From positions 1 through 64,000 of the forward strand of contig JASMDC010000018.1 of NCBI GenBank assembly GCA_030753015.1: a DNA stretch of 64,000 nt, in the 5' to 3' direction. The notes beneath the pieces were generated by a model that saw only the letters and a list, made by a program, of their open reading frames with translations, searched no databases and was not told where the DNA came from. The translations under genes were made by a program, and so were the position numbers. This stretch comes from Candidatus Undinarchaeales archaeon. Lineage in GTDB: Archaea; SpSt-1190; JASMDC01. Below, piece after piece: positions 10,596-19,032 of the stretch (position 1 is its first letter; each line of letters begins with the position of its first letter).

Positions 10596-11801
10596 CTACA
10601 CGCCCGCCCGCACCCATGCCCTTTCCCGTGCAAGTCTGGCACGCTCTTCAAGGTTCTCCGCTTCCGTGACACGTCCGGTCGCTTGGTAGAGCTCGGCCAG
10701 ATTCTCGAGCAGGTCGGCAACGAGATGATGATCGGGTCCAAGGGTCGCTTCCCAGATCGCCAAGGCCCTTAGATAGAACCTCTCTCCTTCAGCGAACCTC
10801 CCTTGTGCTCGGTAGAGGATGGCGAGGTTCTCCAGAGTTGTTGCGACATCGGGATGGTCTGGCCCAAAGCGACGTTCACGGATGGTCAGAGCCTGCTGGA
10901 GCAGAGGCTCCGCATCCTCGAACTTGCCCATACCGCTCAGGAGCTCACCGATATTGTTCAATGACGAGGCGACCTCCGGATGGTCCTGTCCGAAGGAGTG
11001 TGTCCTGATGGTCAGCGCTCGTTGGTAGAGGGGGAGTGCGTCGTCGAACCGGGCCATTCCCCGATAGAGCTTCGCGAGGTTGTTGAGCGAGGTCGCGACA
11101 TCGGGATGGTCTGGCCCGAGGATGGTCTCACGGACGTTCAATGCCTCTAGGTAAAGTGGTTCGGCCTGGTCGTATCTGCCCCAGGCCCGATAGAGTTTGG
11201 CCTGGTTGTCGATAGCTGTAGCGACCTCCGGATGGTCCGGGCCATGGGCGGTCTTCAGGATGCCCACAGCCCTGACGTACAGGGGATCCGCTTCAGAGAA
11301 CCGTCCAAGGACCGCGTACACAGCAGCTAGATTGTTGAGGGCCATTGCGACATCGAGGTCATCTACATCGGCCTCTTCCCAGATGGCAAGGGCCCGCAAA
11401 TGAAGGGGGATAGTTTCGTGATACCGACCCTGCTGGTAGTACAGAGCAGCAAGGTTGTTGAGGCATGTGGCCACATCGGGGTGATGGGGCCCAAGGGACG
11501 ACTCCCATATCGCCTTGGCCTCTAGGAAGTGCCCTTCGGCCTCGTCATACTTACCGAGGACCTGCTCGTATTTCGCGAGATTGTTCAGCGAGACCGCCAC
11601 GTCCGGGTGCGATGGGCCCTTGGAACGTCTGGCGAGCTCTACCATCCGCATCGCCAGAGAGGCAGCTTCACCGTACCGTCCCTGTTCCGCACGTATGGAC
11701 GCCTCCACACCAAGCTCGTTCCACGTGGCCCCCTCTCCCGTATAGAGCGACATAACTAGGACGACTACTAGAACGATCGGGATGGCCTCTTTTCTGCGCA
11801 T
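10596..11801 (-). CDS. Secreted or anchored tetratricopeptide repeat protein (kinesin-light-chain-type TPR)
   Basis: About eight 42-aa repeats of GPDHPDVATSLNNLAxLY...G...A..L..RAL, with an N-terminal hydrophobic segment. Confidence 0.92.
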   Translation of the reverse strand: MRRKEAIPIVLVVVLVMSLYTGEGATWNELGVEASIRAEQGRYGEAASLAMRMVELARRSKGPSHPDVAVSLNNLAKYEQVLGKYDEAEGHFLEAKAIWESSLGPHHPDVATCLNNLAALYYQQGRYHETIPLHLRALAIWEEADVDDLDVAMALNNLAAVYAVLGRFSEADPLYVRAVGILKTAHGPDHPEVATAIDNQAKLYRAWGRYDQAEPLYLEALNVRETILGPDHPDVATSLNNLAKLYRGMARFDDALPLYQRALTIRTHSFGQDHPEVASSLNNIGELLSGMGKFEDAEPLLQQALTIRERRFGPDHPDVATTLENLAILYRAQGRFAEGERFYLRALAIWEATLGPDHHLVADLLENLAELYQATGRVTEAENLEERARLARERAWVRAGV

Positions 11802-11812
11802 AGTCCGACACC

Positions 11813-11971
11813 TTACGGCAGCGCTAGGGCGAGGGCCCTCACGCTCATCATGAGCAGAATGAATATCGCGGCCATCATCGAGACGGTATCCCTCTTGGAT
11901 AGGCGATATCGCTGATCGAGTAAGTTATTGCAGAGGCTGGGCGTGGCTCGTTCCTCCGTATATTTATCCAA
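11813..11971 (-). CDS. Possible small membrane protein (52 aa), below the ORF-track cutoff
   Basis: TTG start; MDKYTEERATPSLCNNLLDQRYRLSKRDTVSMMAAIFILLMMSVRALALALP; ends 11 nt before the TPR gene start. Confidence 0.35.
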   Translation of the reverse strand: MDKYTEERATPSLCNNLLDQRYRLSKRDTVSMMAAIFILLMMSVRALALALP

Positions 11972-12151
11972 TCTCTACCGGTATAAGAGGCTTGGGGAGA
12001 ATGTTTTCAGGACCGTCTGCACGGTCGCGTAAGGTCATTCCATTCTAGCTGAAACGGGCGGATTATCTCCCCTACCTTTCCAAGAGAGAAAGAAAACCTT
12101 AAACGACAATATTGGGGACGAATAGGGATTTATTCATAATTCAGAGTGTGA

Positions 12152-12174
12152 CGGGCCGCCCCTGGAACGGCCCG
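12152..12174 (-). terminator. GC hairpin downstream of the 12187-13602 gene
   Basis: CGGGCCG-n9-CGGCCCG just past the stop codon. Confidence 0.4.
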
Positions 12175-12186
12175 CCATAATTACTC

Positions 12187-13602
12187 TTATTCCTCTACCT
12201 TGGCGGGCTCGGGCTCTGGTTGTGGTTCCGGCTTCTTCTCCTTCTTCTTACCCTTGCCCGTGAGGAAGAAGCCCATTATCGAGTTGGCATAGGAAACGGC
12301 GCCGATGAGGACCAGCCCGATACCGCCCATCGTTCGCTTCTCCAGACTGATCTTCACCTGGTCGCGGATGTTGCTGATGTAGATCTTGGACACGCCAAGA
12401 GCGATGCGGCTCTCAAGTTTCTCACCCTCCATCCGACTCATGATGGGCCCGTCGTCATCGAGGATCGCGGTGACCTTCGTGCCCAGCTTCATGAACCCGA
12501 AGAGCAGCACACCGGCGATCATCAGTGCGATGCCGAAGTACTTGAAGGCGTCCTTGAACCCTGTAGAGATGCTCAGGCTCAGCACCCCGTTGATGAGGAA
12601 CAGTCCTCCTCCGAGGATGAGGTCGAGCACCACGAAGATGATGAGACCCGTCTTGAGCTTTCCGTTGAGCTCGGCAGGGGTCAGTTTATCGTTCACCAGG
12701 GGGAACACCATGGCGATGGGGCTTGACAGCAGGGGGAGGGCGATGGCGAAGATGGCCTCGGGGCCCCGCTCCTGGAACATCGCCTTGGGTTCGGAGAGCG
12801 AGCCGGAGAGGCCGAGGTTCATCTCCTTGTACTTCTTCGAGAAGTCAGCGGTCCCCTTCACGCTCGCCTGGAGTTCCTTGAACTTGGTGACCTGGGGATC
12901 GGTGATGTTCAGGATCGTGTCCGCGCCAAGGACCTTCCCAGCGGTCTGGATGCTGATAACGAGGGTATCGCCCAAAGCGTTCCCGTAGAGGTTCTCAACC
13001 TTCTCATCCATGCCCTTCTTCGCACCGGGCTCGGTAAGCTCGGCCTCGCGGATCGCGGCTAGCTGAATCTGAGCTACGAGCTCCTTTTTGATCTCCTCGG
13101 TATCGCTCTCCTCGATCATCTTCCTGGAAAGCAGCTGTTTCTGCTCGCTCGTCAGCTCGAGCTTGTCGACACCCAGCTTATTGTGCAGGTCCTTCGCCGC
13201 AAGCTCCTCTTCCATCTTGTCGAAGAGGATGGTGCCCACGGCTGTGTTCACCTTATCCTTATCAGACTCGGCTATCCCCTCCACGAGGTCAGTCTTCGTC
13301 TGACCCTCGAGCTCGAACTCGTCGTGCTCCGCGTCGATGGCGACGACGATGATGTCCACTATCTTCTCGAGGTCATCGTCCTGTATCAGTACATCGAGGC
13401 TCGCCTTCATGCTCCCCTCGGTGGAGAGGTAGAAGGCGAAGAACATCTCGGCAGTAAGCAACACTGTGATTATCAGCAACGCCGCAAGCATCATGTTCAG
13501 CATACCACGAACGAGCGAAACCACCACAACACCAAGCACGATTGCGAGCACGGCGGCCACAGCGATCATGAGCGGTCCGGACATCAGCATCTCAAGTCCC
13601 AT
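12187..13602 (-). CDS. Hypothetical multi-pass membrane protein
   Basis: Two N-terminal TM helices, a helical soluble domain, about four C-terminal TM helices and a K/P/E-rich tail; TTTTTAAA box upstream. Confidence 0.8.
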   Translation of the reverse strand: MGLEMLMSGPLMIAVAAVLAIVLGVVVVSLVRGMLNMMLAALLIITVLLTAEMFFAFYLSTEGSMKASLDVLIQDDDLEKIVDIIVVAIDAEHDEFELEGQTKTDLVEGIAESDKDKVNTAVGTILFDKMEEELAAKDLHNKLGVDKLELTSEQKQLLSRKMIEESDTEEIKKELVAQIQLAAIREAELTEPGAKKGMDEKVENLYGNALGDTLVISIQTAGKVLGADTILNITDPQVTKFKELQASVKGTADFSKKYKEMNLGLSGSLSEPKAMFQERGPEAIFAIALPLLSSPIAMVFPLVNDKLTPAELNGKLKTGLIIFVVLDLILGGGLFLINGVLSLSISTGFKDAFKYFGIALMIAGVLLFGFMKLGTKVTAILDDDGPIMSRMEGEKLESRIALGVSKIYISNIRDQVKISLEKRTMGGIGLVLIGAVSYANSIMGFFLTGKGKKKEKKPEPQPEPEPAKVEE

Positions 13603-13698
13603 AGGATTGCACCGGCGGTCAAGGTAGGCGCTCTCCTTTAAAAAGGTTCACCCGTCCGTGCCAAAAGGTTTTTTAACAGGCCGGTCTACCGTCCTTCC

Positions 13699-13840
13699 CG
13701 CGCGGATGATGAGGTGTAACACCCACTGACCTTGCCCGATGAAGAGTATTTCGCTAGCCTAGTCCGAAAGGGCGATGACAGCAAACTGTCTCTCTGAGAT
13801 GTGCGGGGTATGACGAACGGTTGGTAGCTTTTGACGCGCG
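13699..13840 (+). ncRNA. Box C/D guide sRNA with four C/D units, or two fused dual-guide sRNAs
   Basis: C boxes ATGATGA 13706, ATGAAGA 13739, ATGACAG 13775 and ATGACGA 13810. D boxes CTGA 13726, CCGA 13764, CTGA 13794 and TTGA 13831. Terminal stem CGCGCG 13699-13704 / 13835-13840. TTTTTTAA TATA box about 25 nt upstream. Confidence 0.75.
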
Positions 13841-13842
13841 TC

Positions 13843-14457
13843 CTACCGAACTTTCAGTTCGACCTTACTTACTAGTCCCTCCACCCACGTCACCACGGCA
13901 TGCCCCTCGGTGATGGGTGGTGTGTTCACCAACCAGGTATCAGTGGCCTCGTACCGCATGATCTGTGGGCTGTGGACGTGGCCGGAAAGGGAGAGTGAGG
14001 GGGAGAGTGAGGCCACGAGGTGCGTGATAGTCGAACACCCTCGCCAGAGAGGGCGGGGCGACTCGTGGGTGAGGAGCACGTCGACGTGACCGGCCTCCTT
14101 CAGACGTGCTACTTCAGCCTTTCTGAAGTGACCACGCTTACGCGGTCGCTCGGCCCACACGCCCCCGAGAGCGCCAGCCGTGGCATCGAGCTCGGGGATC
14201 CGTGCGACCGTTCCCGATGGGATGAGGGTGAGCCCACGGAACGTCCGTCGACCGGTAAGGATATCGTCCACCTGTTGCCAATCCTCATGGTTCCCGGGGA
14301 CAGCGTACACGGGGATTTCGGAGTCCCAGTACCCTTCGGCGTCACCGAGCACGAAGATGAGGTCGACGCGCTCGTCGGCAGCGGCTTCTCGGGCGAGATC
14401 GGCACGTCCATGGAGGTCCGAGCAGCATAGGATGCGGACCGTGTCGTTGCCTCCCAT
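13843..14457 (-). CDS. Calcineurin-like metallophosphoesterase
   Basis: SDLHG, LGD, GNHE, THE and GHVH motifs. The ATG at 14457 is preferred over the 14508 start. Confidence 0.9.
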   Translation of the reverse strand: MGGNDTVRILCCSDLHGRADLAREAAADERVDLIFVLGDAEGYWDSEIPVYAVPGNHEDWQQVDDILTGRRTFRGLTLIPSGTVARIPELDATAGALGGVWAERPRKRGHFRKAEVARLKEAGHVDVLLTHESPRPLWRGCSTITHLVASLSPSLSLSGHVHSPQIMRYEATDTWLVNTPPITEGHAVVTWVEGLVSKVELKVR

Positions 14458-14532
14458 ATCGGATCCCACCGCCGTAGGCGGCGCCCCGGGAACCTTTAAA
14501 TATCTCACGACATCTGCTCAGGACGAAGCAAC

Positions 14533-15777
14533 ATGGAAGATTCAGAACTCATCAAGAAGGTCGCAACGGGCGAGGTCAGACTCCACCAAGTCGAGGGTCT
14601 TGTGGACGGCGACATCGACCGCGCCACCGAGATCCGACGGGTCGCCCTCGAACAGGCCTTAGGAGTTTCCCTCGAGAACTTGGGCTCCAGCGCGATCGAG
14701 ATGAGCATCACACGTGCCAGGAACGTCGAGAATGCCATAGGGTGGACACAGATCCCCACCGGGATAGCTGGCCCGATCAAGGTCACGGGCGAGTATGCCG
14801 ACGGTAACTACTATCTGCCCATGGCCACGACCGAGGGCGCGCTGCTGGCCTCGGTGGCCCGGGGCTGCTCGGCCATCTCCAAGTCCGGCGGCGCTACGGC
14901 CCGCGTGCTCCGCTCCCTGATGACACGTGCTCCTGTGATGAAGGTGCCGGACACCGACCATGCCGTACAGCTCAAGCGATGGATCGAGGAGAACTTCGAC
15001 AAGGTGGCGGCGGCCTTCAAGGGTGACGAGCCCTTTGTATGGCTGCGGGAACTAAAGATCTGGATCGTCGGGCGGAACGTGTTCATCAGGTTCCTTGCCG
15101 ATCCTGCTGATGCCATGGGCATGAACATGATCTCGAAAGGGAGCCGTGCTGCCTGTGACTTCATCAGCGAGCACAATCCTTACGCCATCCTCATCGCCAC
15201 CTCCGGGAACCTCTGCGTCGACAAGAAGCCCTCGGCAATGAACTGGATCGAGGGAAGGGGCAAGACCGTCCAGGCCGATGTGATCCTTCCCCGGGAGATC
15301 GTCCAGAAGATGTTCAAATGCACGCCCGAGGCCCTCTCGGACGTGGCCTACCGGAAGCTGTACATAGGTGGCGCTCAGGCCGCGGCCTACGGCTTCAATG
15401 CGCACGTGGCGAACATCATCGCGGCTCTCTTCATCGCAACGGGACAGGATCCCGCCCAGGTCGTGGAATCGTCCATGTCGATGGTCACAGCCGAGGTTAC
15501 GGATGAAGGTGACCTCTATGCCAGCATCACCCTTCCATCGCTCGAGGTCGCTACACTCGGTGGTGGGACAGGGCTCCCCACCCAGCTCGAGGCGCAGAAC
15601 ATCCTTGGATGCTCAGGTCCGAACACGAAGGACCCGGGCGCCAACGCCAAGAAAATCGCCGAGATCTTCGCTGCAGCGGCCCTTGCCGGGGAACTTTCCC
15701 TTCTGGGCGCACTGGCTGCTGGCCATCTGGTAACAGCCCACGAACGCCTGGGACGCGGCAACGTGACCAAGGAGTGA
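14533..15777 (+). CDS. hmgA: 3-hydroxy-3-methylglutaryl-CoA reductase, class I
   Basis: ENAIG, PMATTEGALLAS, DAMGMNM, GNLCVDKKP, GQDPAQ, GGGTGL and a C-terminal catalytic His (AHERLGR). Confidence 0.97.
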   Translation: MEDSELIKKVATGEVRLHQVEGLVDGDIDRATEIRRVALEQALGVSLENLGSSAIEMSITRARNVENAIGWTQIPTGIAGPIKVTGEYADGNYYLPMATTEGALLASVARGCSAISKSGGATARVLRSLMTRAPVMKVPDTDHAVQLKRWIEENFDKVAAAFKGDEPFVWLRELKIWIVGRNVFIRFLADPADAMGMNMISKGSRAACDFISEHNPYAILIATSGNLCVDKKPSAMNWIEGRGKTVQADVILPREIVQKMFKCTPEALSDVAYRKLYIGGAQAAAYGFNAHVANIIAALFIATGQDPAQVVESSMSMVTAEVTDEGDLYASITLPSLEVATLGGGTGLPTQLEAQNILGCSGPNTKDPGANAKKIAEIFAAAALAGELSLLGALAAGHLVTAHERLGRGNVTKE

Positions 15778-15781
15778 GTTC

Positions 15782-17704
15782 TTGGACGGCGATGGGGTTC
15801 ATCCGCGGATCGTAGGGACCACGATATTTGTCGTGGCCCTATTCCTTCTTGCACATGTCATTCCCTCGTCGGTCGTGCTCCCCTTGGTGGCTGTAACAGA
15901 GAGCGGCGAGGGCATCATCACTGACCTCATCGTCGAGGTGCGGCCCGGCTCGGGTCGTGCCCTCTCTGAGATAGTTCCTCCGCTCGAGCTCAACACTCAG
16001 CGCTCCCTCGAGGCCGCCATCTCGGCCGCCGAGATGCTGGAAGGGGTGTCCTTCGCGGACCGTGACATCATATTCTCCTTCGACACGTCAGCCCGCTCGG
16101 TAACGGGCCCATCTGCAGGCCTGCCCACAGCGGTGGCGCTCGCGGCCATCATACGGGGACGCACTCCCAGGAGCGATGTAGTGCTCACAGGCTCTGTTGA
16201 AGCGGACGGTGACGTCCAGCCTGTGGGGGGTCTGCTCCAGAAGGCCCAGGCCGTGGCCCATTCCGGTCGAACCCTGGTGGTCCCGCAGGGGCAGGGTACG
16301 CTTATCGCGCCCCTCCCGCTCGTGATCGGTTTCATCGAACATGGGGCACCCTTACTTGCGGGGAGTGCACTCGCGCCCACCTTCGTCGATCACCGCGATA
16401 TGGTCCTGTCACGAGGTCTTTCGTCCATGGCGCTAGCACCGTTCATCCAGGAGCACTATGGTGTCGAGCTCAAGGAGGCGGGCACTCTGCGAGAGGCTGT
16501 GGACATCGCGTTGGACGGAGAGGTGTCCGCGCGACCTTCCGGCCCGAGCAATATCACGACCGTGATTGAGGCCGTGGCCATGACAGAGCTGAAGCGGGCC
16601 AAGGAGGCCTTCTACGAGGTGCGCGACCTCAATGGTACACATTCCATCCAAGAACGCATCGACCGGGCGGACGATTTACTGGCACGAGGATACCGATATC
16701 CTGCGGCCTCGGACGCGTTCAGAGCAGTCATCGATATCAAGTCCCTCCACTTCCGGGAGGAGCTCGACAACAAGACCGACGCCGAACGCCGGCGTGTGGT
16801 ACTGGGTCGTATCAGGACGATACGTCGCGACGCCGCGATGCTCGAACAAGACATTGGTGCTACAACTCTCCCTCCGCTGCGGATGGAACTGATCGTGTTC
16901 GCGCAACAGCGACTGATGTGGGCCGAGTACTTCCTCTCCCTCATCGTCACCGGACTAGGGGAGAGCGTGGAGGTACCGGACGATGAGCTGTTCGCTTTCT
17001 ATGTCATGGCCGCCGAGGAGTGGGTGCACGGCGCATCGGTGTTTCATGAGCACGCGAAGGCCATTGAACCCGCTGGCAAGCCCAGGGACGTGGCGTCCCA
17101 TTGTGCTGACCTCATGGAGGGGGCGCGTACCGGTATCATCAGTGCCCAGAACCTCGGGATCCCGGACCTTGTGGGGGCCGACCGCTTCTACCTGGCATCC
17201 CGTCTTGAGGAACAGAAGGGGTGGACCGTCGCTTCCTGCTTCGATGCTGCCTCGGCATACGCGACGACAGAGGCGCTCTCGGCCAATCTCAACGACCTCG
17301 AAGCACGGGCGCACTTAGAGGTGAACACGAGCTTCGAGCCCACCCATCTCTCGGGTTTTATCAACCAGGAGTACGCACTTCTCTCTCTCGAGGAGATAGG
17401 GAACGGGACGAGCAGCGCGCTGGACGCTGTACTGTTCGCTCGCCGGGCCGTTGCATCCGAAGCTCTCGCTCTGCGGATCGCACAGGGACCGCCGTCCACA
17501 CAAGCACCGATACAGGGGACCGAAGAAACGGCATCGCGATCGCTCAAGCTCGTTGCAGCCGTGAACATCACGTTCTTATTACTTGGCTTCATGCTGTGGC
17601 TCGGTCAGGGCCATGGTGGAGATCGACGTCATAGAGATCAAGAACCCGAACACGAACGAGATAATCATCGGTCAGGGGAACTTCTCCGTAAAGACGATCG
17701 ATGA
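15782..17704 (+). CDS. Archaeal Lon-like (S16) serine protease without ATPase domain, membrane anchored
   Basis: GPSAG catalytic Ser and VGGLLQKAQA Lys dyad; N- and C-terminal hydrophobic helices. Confidence 0.85.
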   Translation: MDGDGVHPRIVGTTIFVVALFLLAHVIPSSVVLPLVAVTESGEGIITDLIVEVRPGSGRALSEIVPPLELNTQRSLEAAISAAEMLEGVSFADRDIIFSFDTSARSVTGPSAGLPTAVALAAIIRGRTPRSDVVLTGSVEADGDVQPVGGLLQKAQAVAHSGRTLVVPQGQGTLIAPLPLVIGFIEHGAPLLAGSALAPTFVDHRDMVLSRGLSSMALAPFIQEHYGVELKEAGTLREAVDIALDGEVSARPSGPSNITTVIEAVAMTELKRAKEAFYEVRDLNGTHSIQERIDRADDLLARGYRYPAASDAFRAVIDIKSLHFREELDNKTDAERRRVVLGRIRTIRRDAAMLEQDIGATTLPPLRMELIVFAQQRLMWAEYFLSLIVTGLGESVEVPDDELFAFYVMAAEEWVHGASVFHEHAKAIEPAGKPRDVASHCADLMEGARTGIISAQNLGIPDLVGADRFYLASRLEEQKGWTVASCFDAASAYATTEALSANLNDLEARAHLEVNTSFEPTHLSGFINQEYALLSLEEIGNGTSSALDAVLFARRAVASEALALRIAQGPPSTQAPIQGTEETASRSLKLVAAVNITFLLLGFMLWLGQGHGGDRRHRDQEPEHERDNHRSGELLRKDDR

Positions 17705-18101
17705 TATGTACACGGCCATCATCTCGACAGTGCCGAACGTGAAGTTCGGAGTTGCCATGAACGAGAGCAAGCCTCAGCTCACCCGGATGAACGGGAACGA
17801 TGACGGTCTCAAGGATCTTGCGTCCCAGACGGCCCTCGACATAGCAGCGGGTCATGTGTTCGTCATCTATCTCGACGGTGCCTACCCCATCAACCTCCTC
17901 AACACGATCAATGCCATCCCTTGTGTGGTCAATATCTATGTGGCGACCTCCAATCCGCTCGAGCTACTTGTGGCCAAGACCGGCCTCGGCCGTGCCGTGG
18001 TGGGGGTCGTGGACGGGCTCCACGCAACGAAGAAGGAGACCGATGAGGAAGTGCAGGCACGTCGGGACCTCGTCAAGGAGCTGGGTTTCCTCCCGGCCTG
18101 A
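17613..18101 (+). CDS. Adenosine-specific kinase family protein (DUF355)
   Basis: IIIGQGNF, KFGVAMNE, AGHVFVI, YPINLLN, ATSNP and GVVDG motifs; ATG at 17613. Confidence 0.85.
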   Translation: MVEIDVIEIKNPNTNEIIIGQGNFSVKTIDDMYTAIISTVPNVKFGVAMNESKPQLTRMNGNDDGLKDLASQTALDIAAGHVFVIYLDGAYPINLLNTINAIPCVVNIYVATSNPLELLVAKTGLGRAVVGVVDGLHATKKETDEEVQARRDLVKELGFLPA

Positions 18102-18106
18102 ACCGT

Positions 18107-18940
18107 TCACAGAACGAACATACCGGCCGCCCCGAGCACGGTAAGTGCGCCCACTATCACGCAGAACCGGGCGAACGCGATCTTTCGTGCTACTCGCATG
18201 AGCGCACCGAGGCTCAATAGTCCGGTGACGAACGCGGTCACCATTGCCACGGTATCGATGGCCATCCCGTGAGCACTGAGGAACACCTCGGCTCCCAGGA
18301 CAGCGGGGATGCCTGCTAGGAAGGAGAGCTCAAGCGCTACAGGGGCGGGAAGCCCGCGCAGGAGGAGCACGGCCACGGTGATCCCTGACCTGCTGATGCC
18401 GGGGACGGCCGCCAGTCCCTGGCATGCACCGAGGAGCGCAGCATCACCCCATCCCAGGGTCGTGAGATCGCGATCACCGCCCTTTCCGCTATCCTCGTGG
18501 AGCATCCCCGTAAGGACGAGGGCAGCTCCCATGAGGAGCAGTAGTGTCGAACCGGGCAATATGGACGCTGCGCTCTTGACGGCAAGGTACACGGGGAGGC
18601 CCACGATCCCCGTGACCAGGGTAGCTCCTACAAGAGTAGAAATTACTGCGTCCTCCTCGGTACCGAAGGGCTCGGTACGGACGCGCCGGGCCCAACCGCT
18701 GATCCCATGAACGATGGCGACGAGCCGTGTTCGGAAGGCAACGATTGCGGCAAGAGCCGTGCCGAGATGGAGCGCAATGGCAAGGTCGACCGCCTCCCCG
18801 GGCGCAAGGTCCATGATGAATGAAGCGAGAATGGTGAGATATGCCTGGCTGCTCACCGGCAACCACTCCAGCACGCCCTGGAGTGCCCCGAGGACCATCG
18901 AGGAGAAAGCGTCTCCCATTGGGACGGGAACGACTCTCAA
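18107..18940 (-). CDS. uppP: Undecaprenyl-diphosphate phosphatase (BacA/UppP family)
   Basis: QGVLEWLPVSS, LHLGT, Q..A.VPGISRSG.T and SFL motifs. Confidence 0.9.
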   Translation of the reverse strand: MRVVPVPMGDAFSSMVLGALQGVLEWLPVSSQAYLTILASFIMDLAPGEAVDLAIALHLGTALAAIVAFRTRLVAIVHGISGWARRVRTEPFGTEEDAVISTLVGATLVTGIVGLPVYLAVKSAASILPGSTLLLLMGAALVLTGMLHEDSGKGGDRDLTTLGWGDAALLGACQGLAAVPGISRSGITVAVLLLRGLPAPVALELSFLAGIPAVLGAEVFLSAHGMAIDTVAMVTAFVTGLLSLGALMRVARKIAFARFCVIVGALTVLGAAGMFVL

Positions 18941-18971
18941 CGGTTATAAAACCGGCGGTCGGTCGGGTGCC

Positions 18972-19009
18972 GCAGGATAACCTTTTTATTGCGGGGTAAC
19001 CTTTTTATT
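18972..19009 (+). promoter_or_regulatory. Tandemly duplicated BRE/TATA promoter unit
   Basis: GCAGGATAACCTTTTTATT followed by GCGGGGTAACCTTTTTATT (17/19 identical), upstream of the 19033 ATG. Confidence 0.55.
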
Positions 19010-19032
19010 ATAACGCGTGAACGGTGGACACC

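Noticed and set aside
12040-12062. TTCTAGCTGAAACGGGCGG, and TCCAGGGA...GAACGGGGGG near 46890, resemble ORB origin boxes
   Set aside because: Single weak matches, no paired inverted ORBs, and no cdc6/orc1 gene in the window.
13734-13775. GATGAAGAG...CGAAA looked like a hammerhead ribozyme core
   Set aside because: No CUGAUGA core or three-stem junction; the C/D box reading explains it better.
15786-15810. GGCGATGGGGTTC resembles the 5' part of a fluoride riboswitch
   Set aside because: The closing CGCC and downstream GCTGATGAC elements are missing, and it lies in coding sequence.
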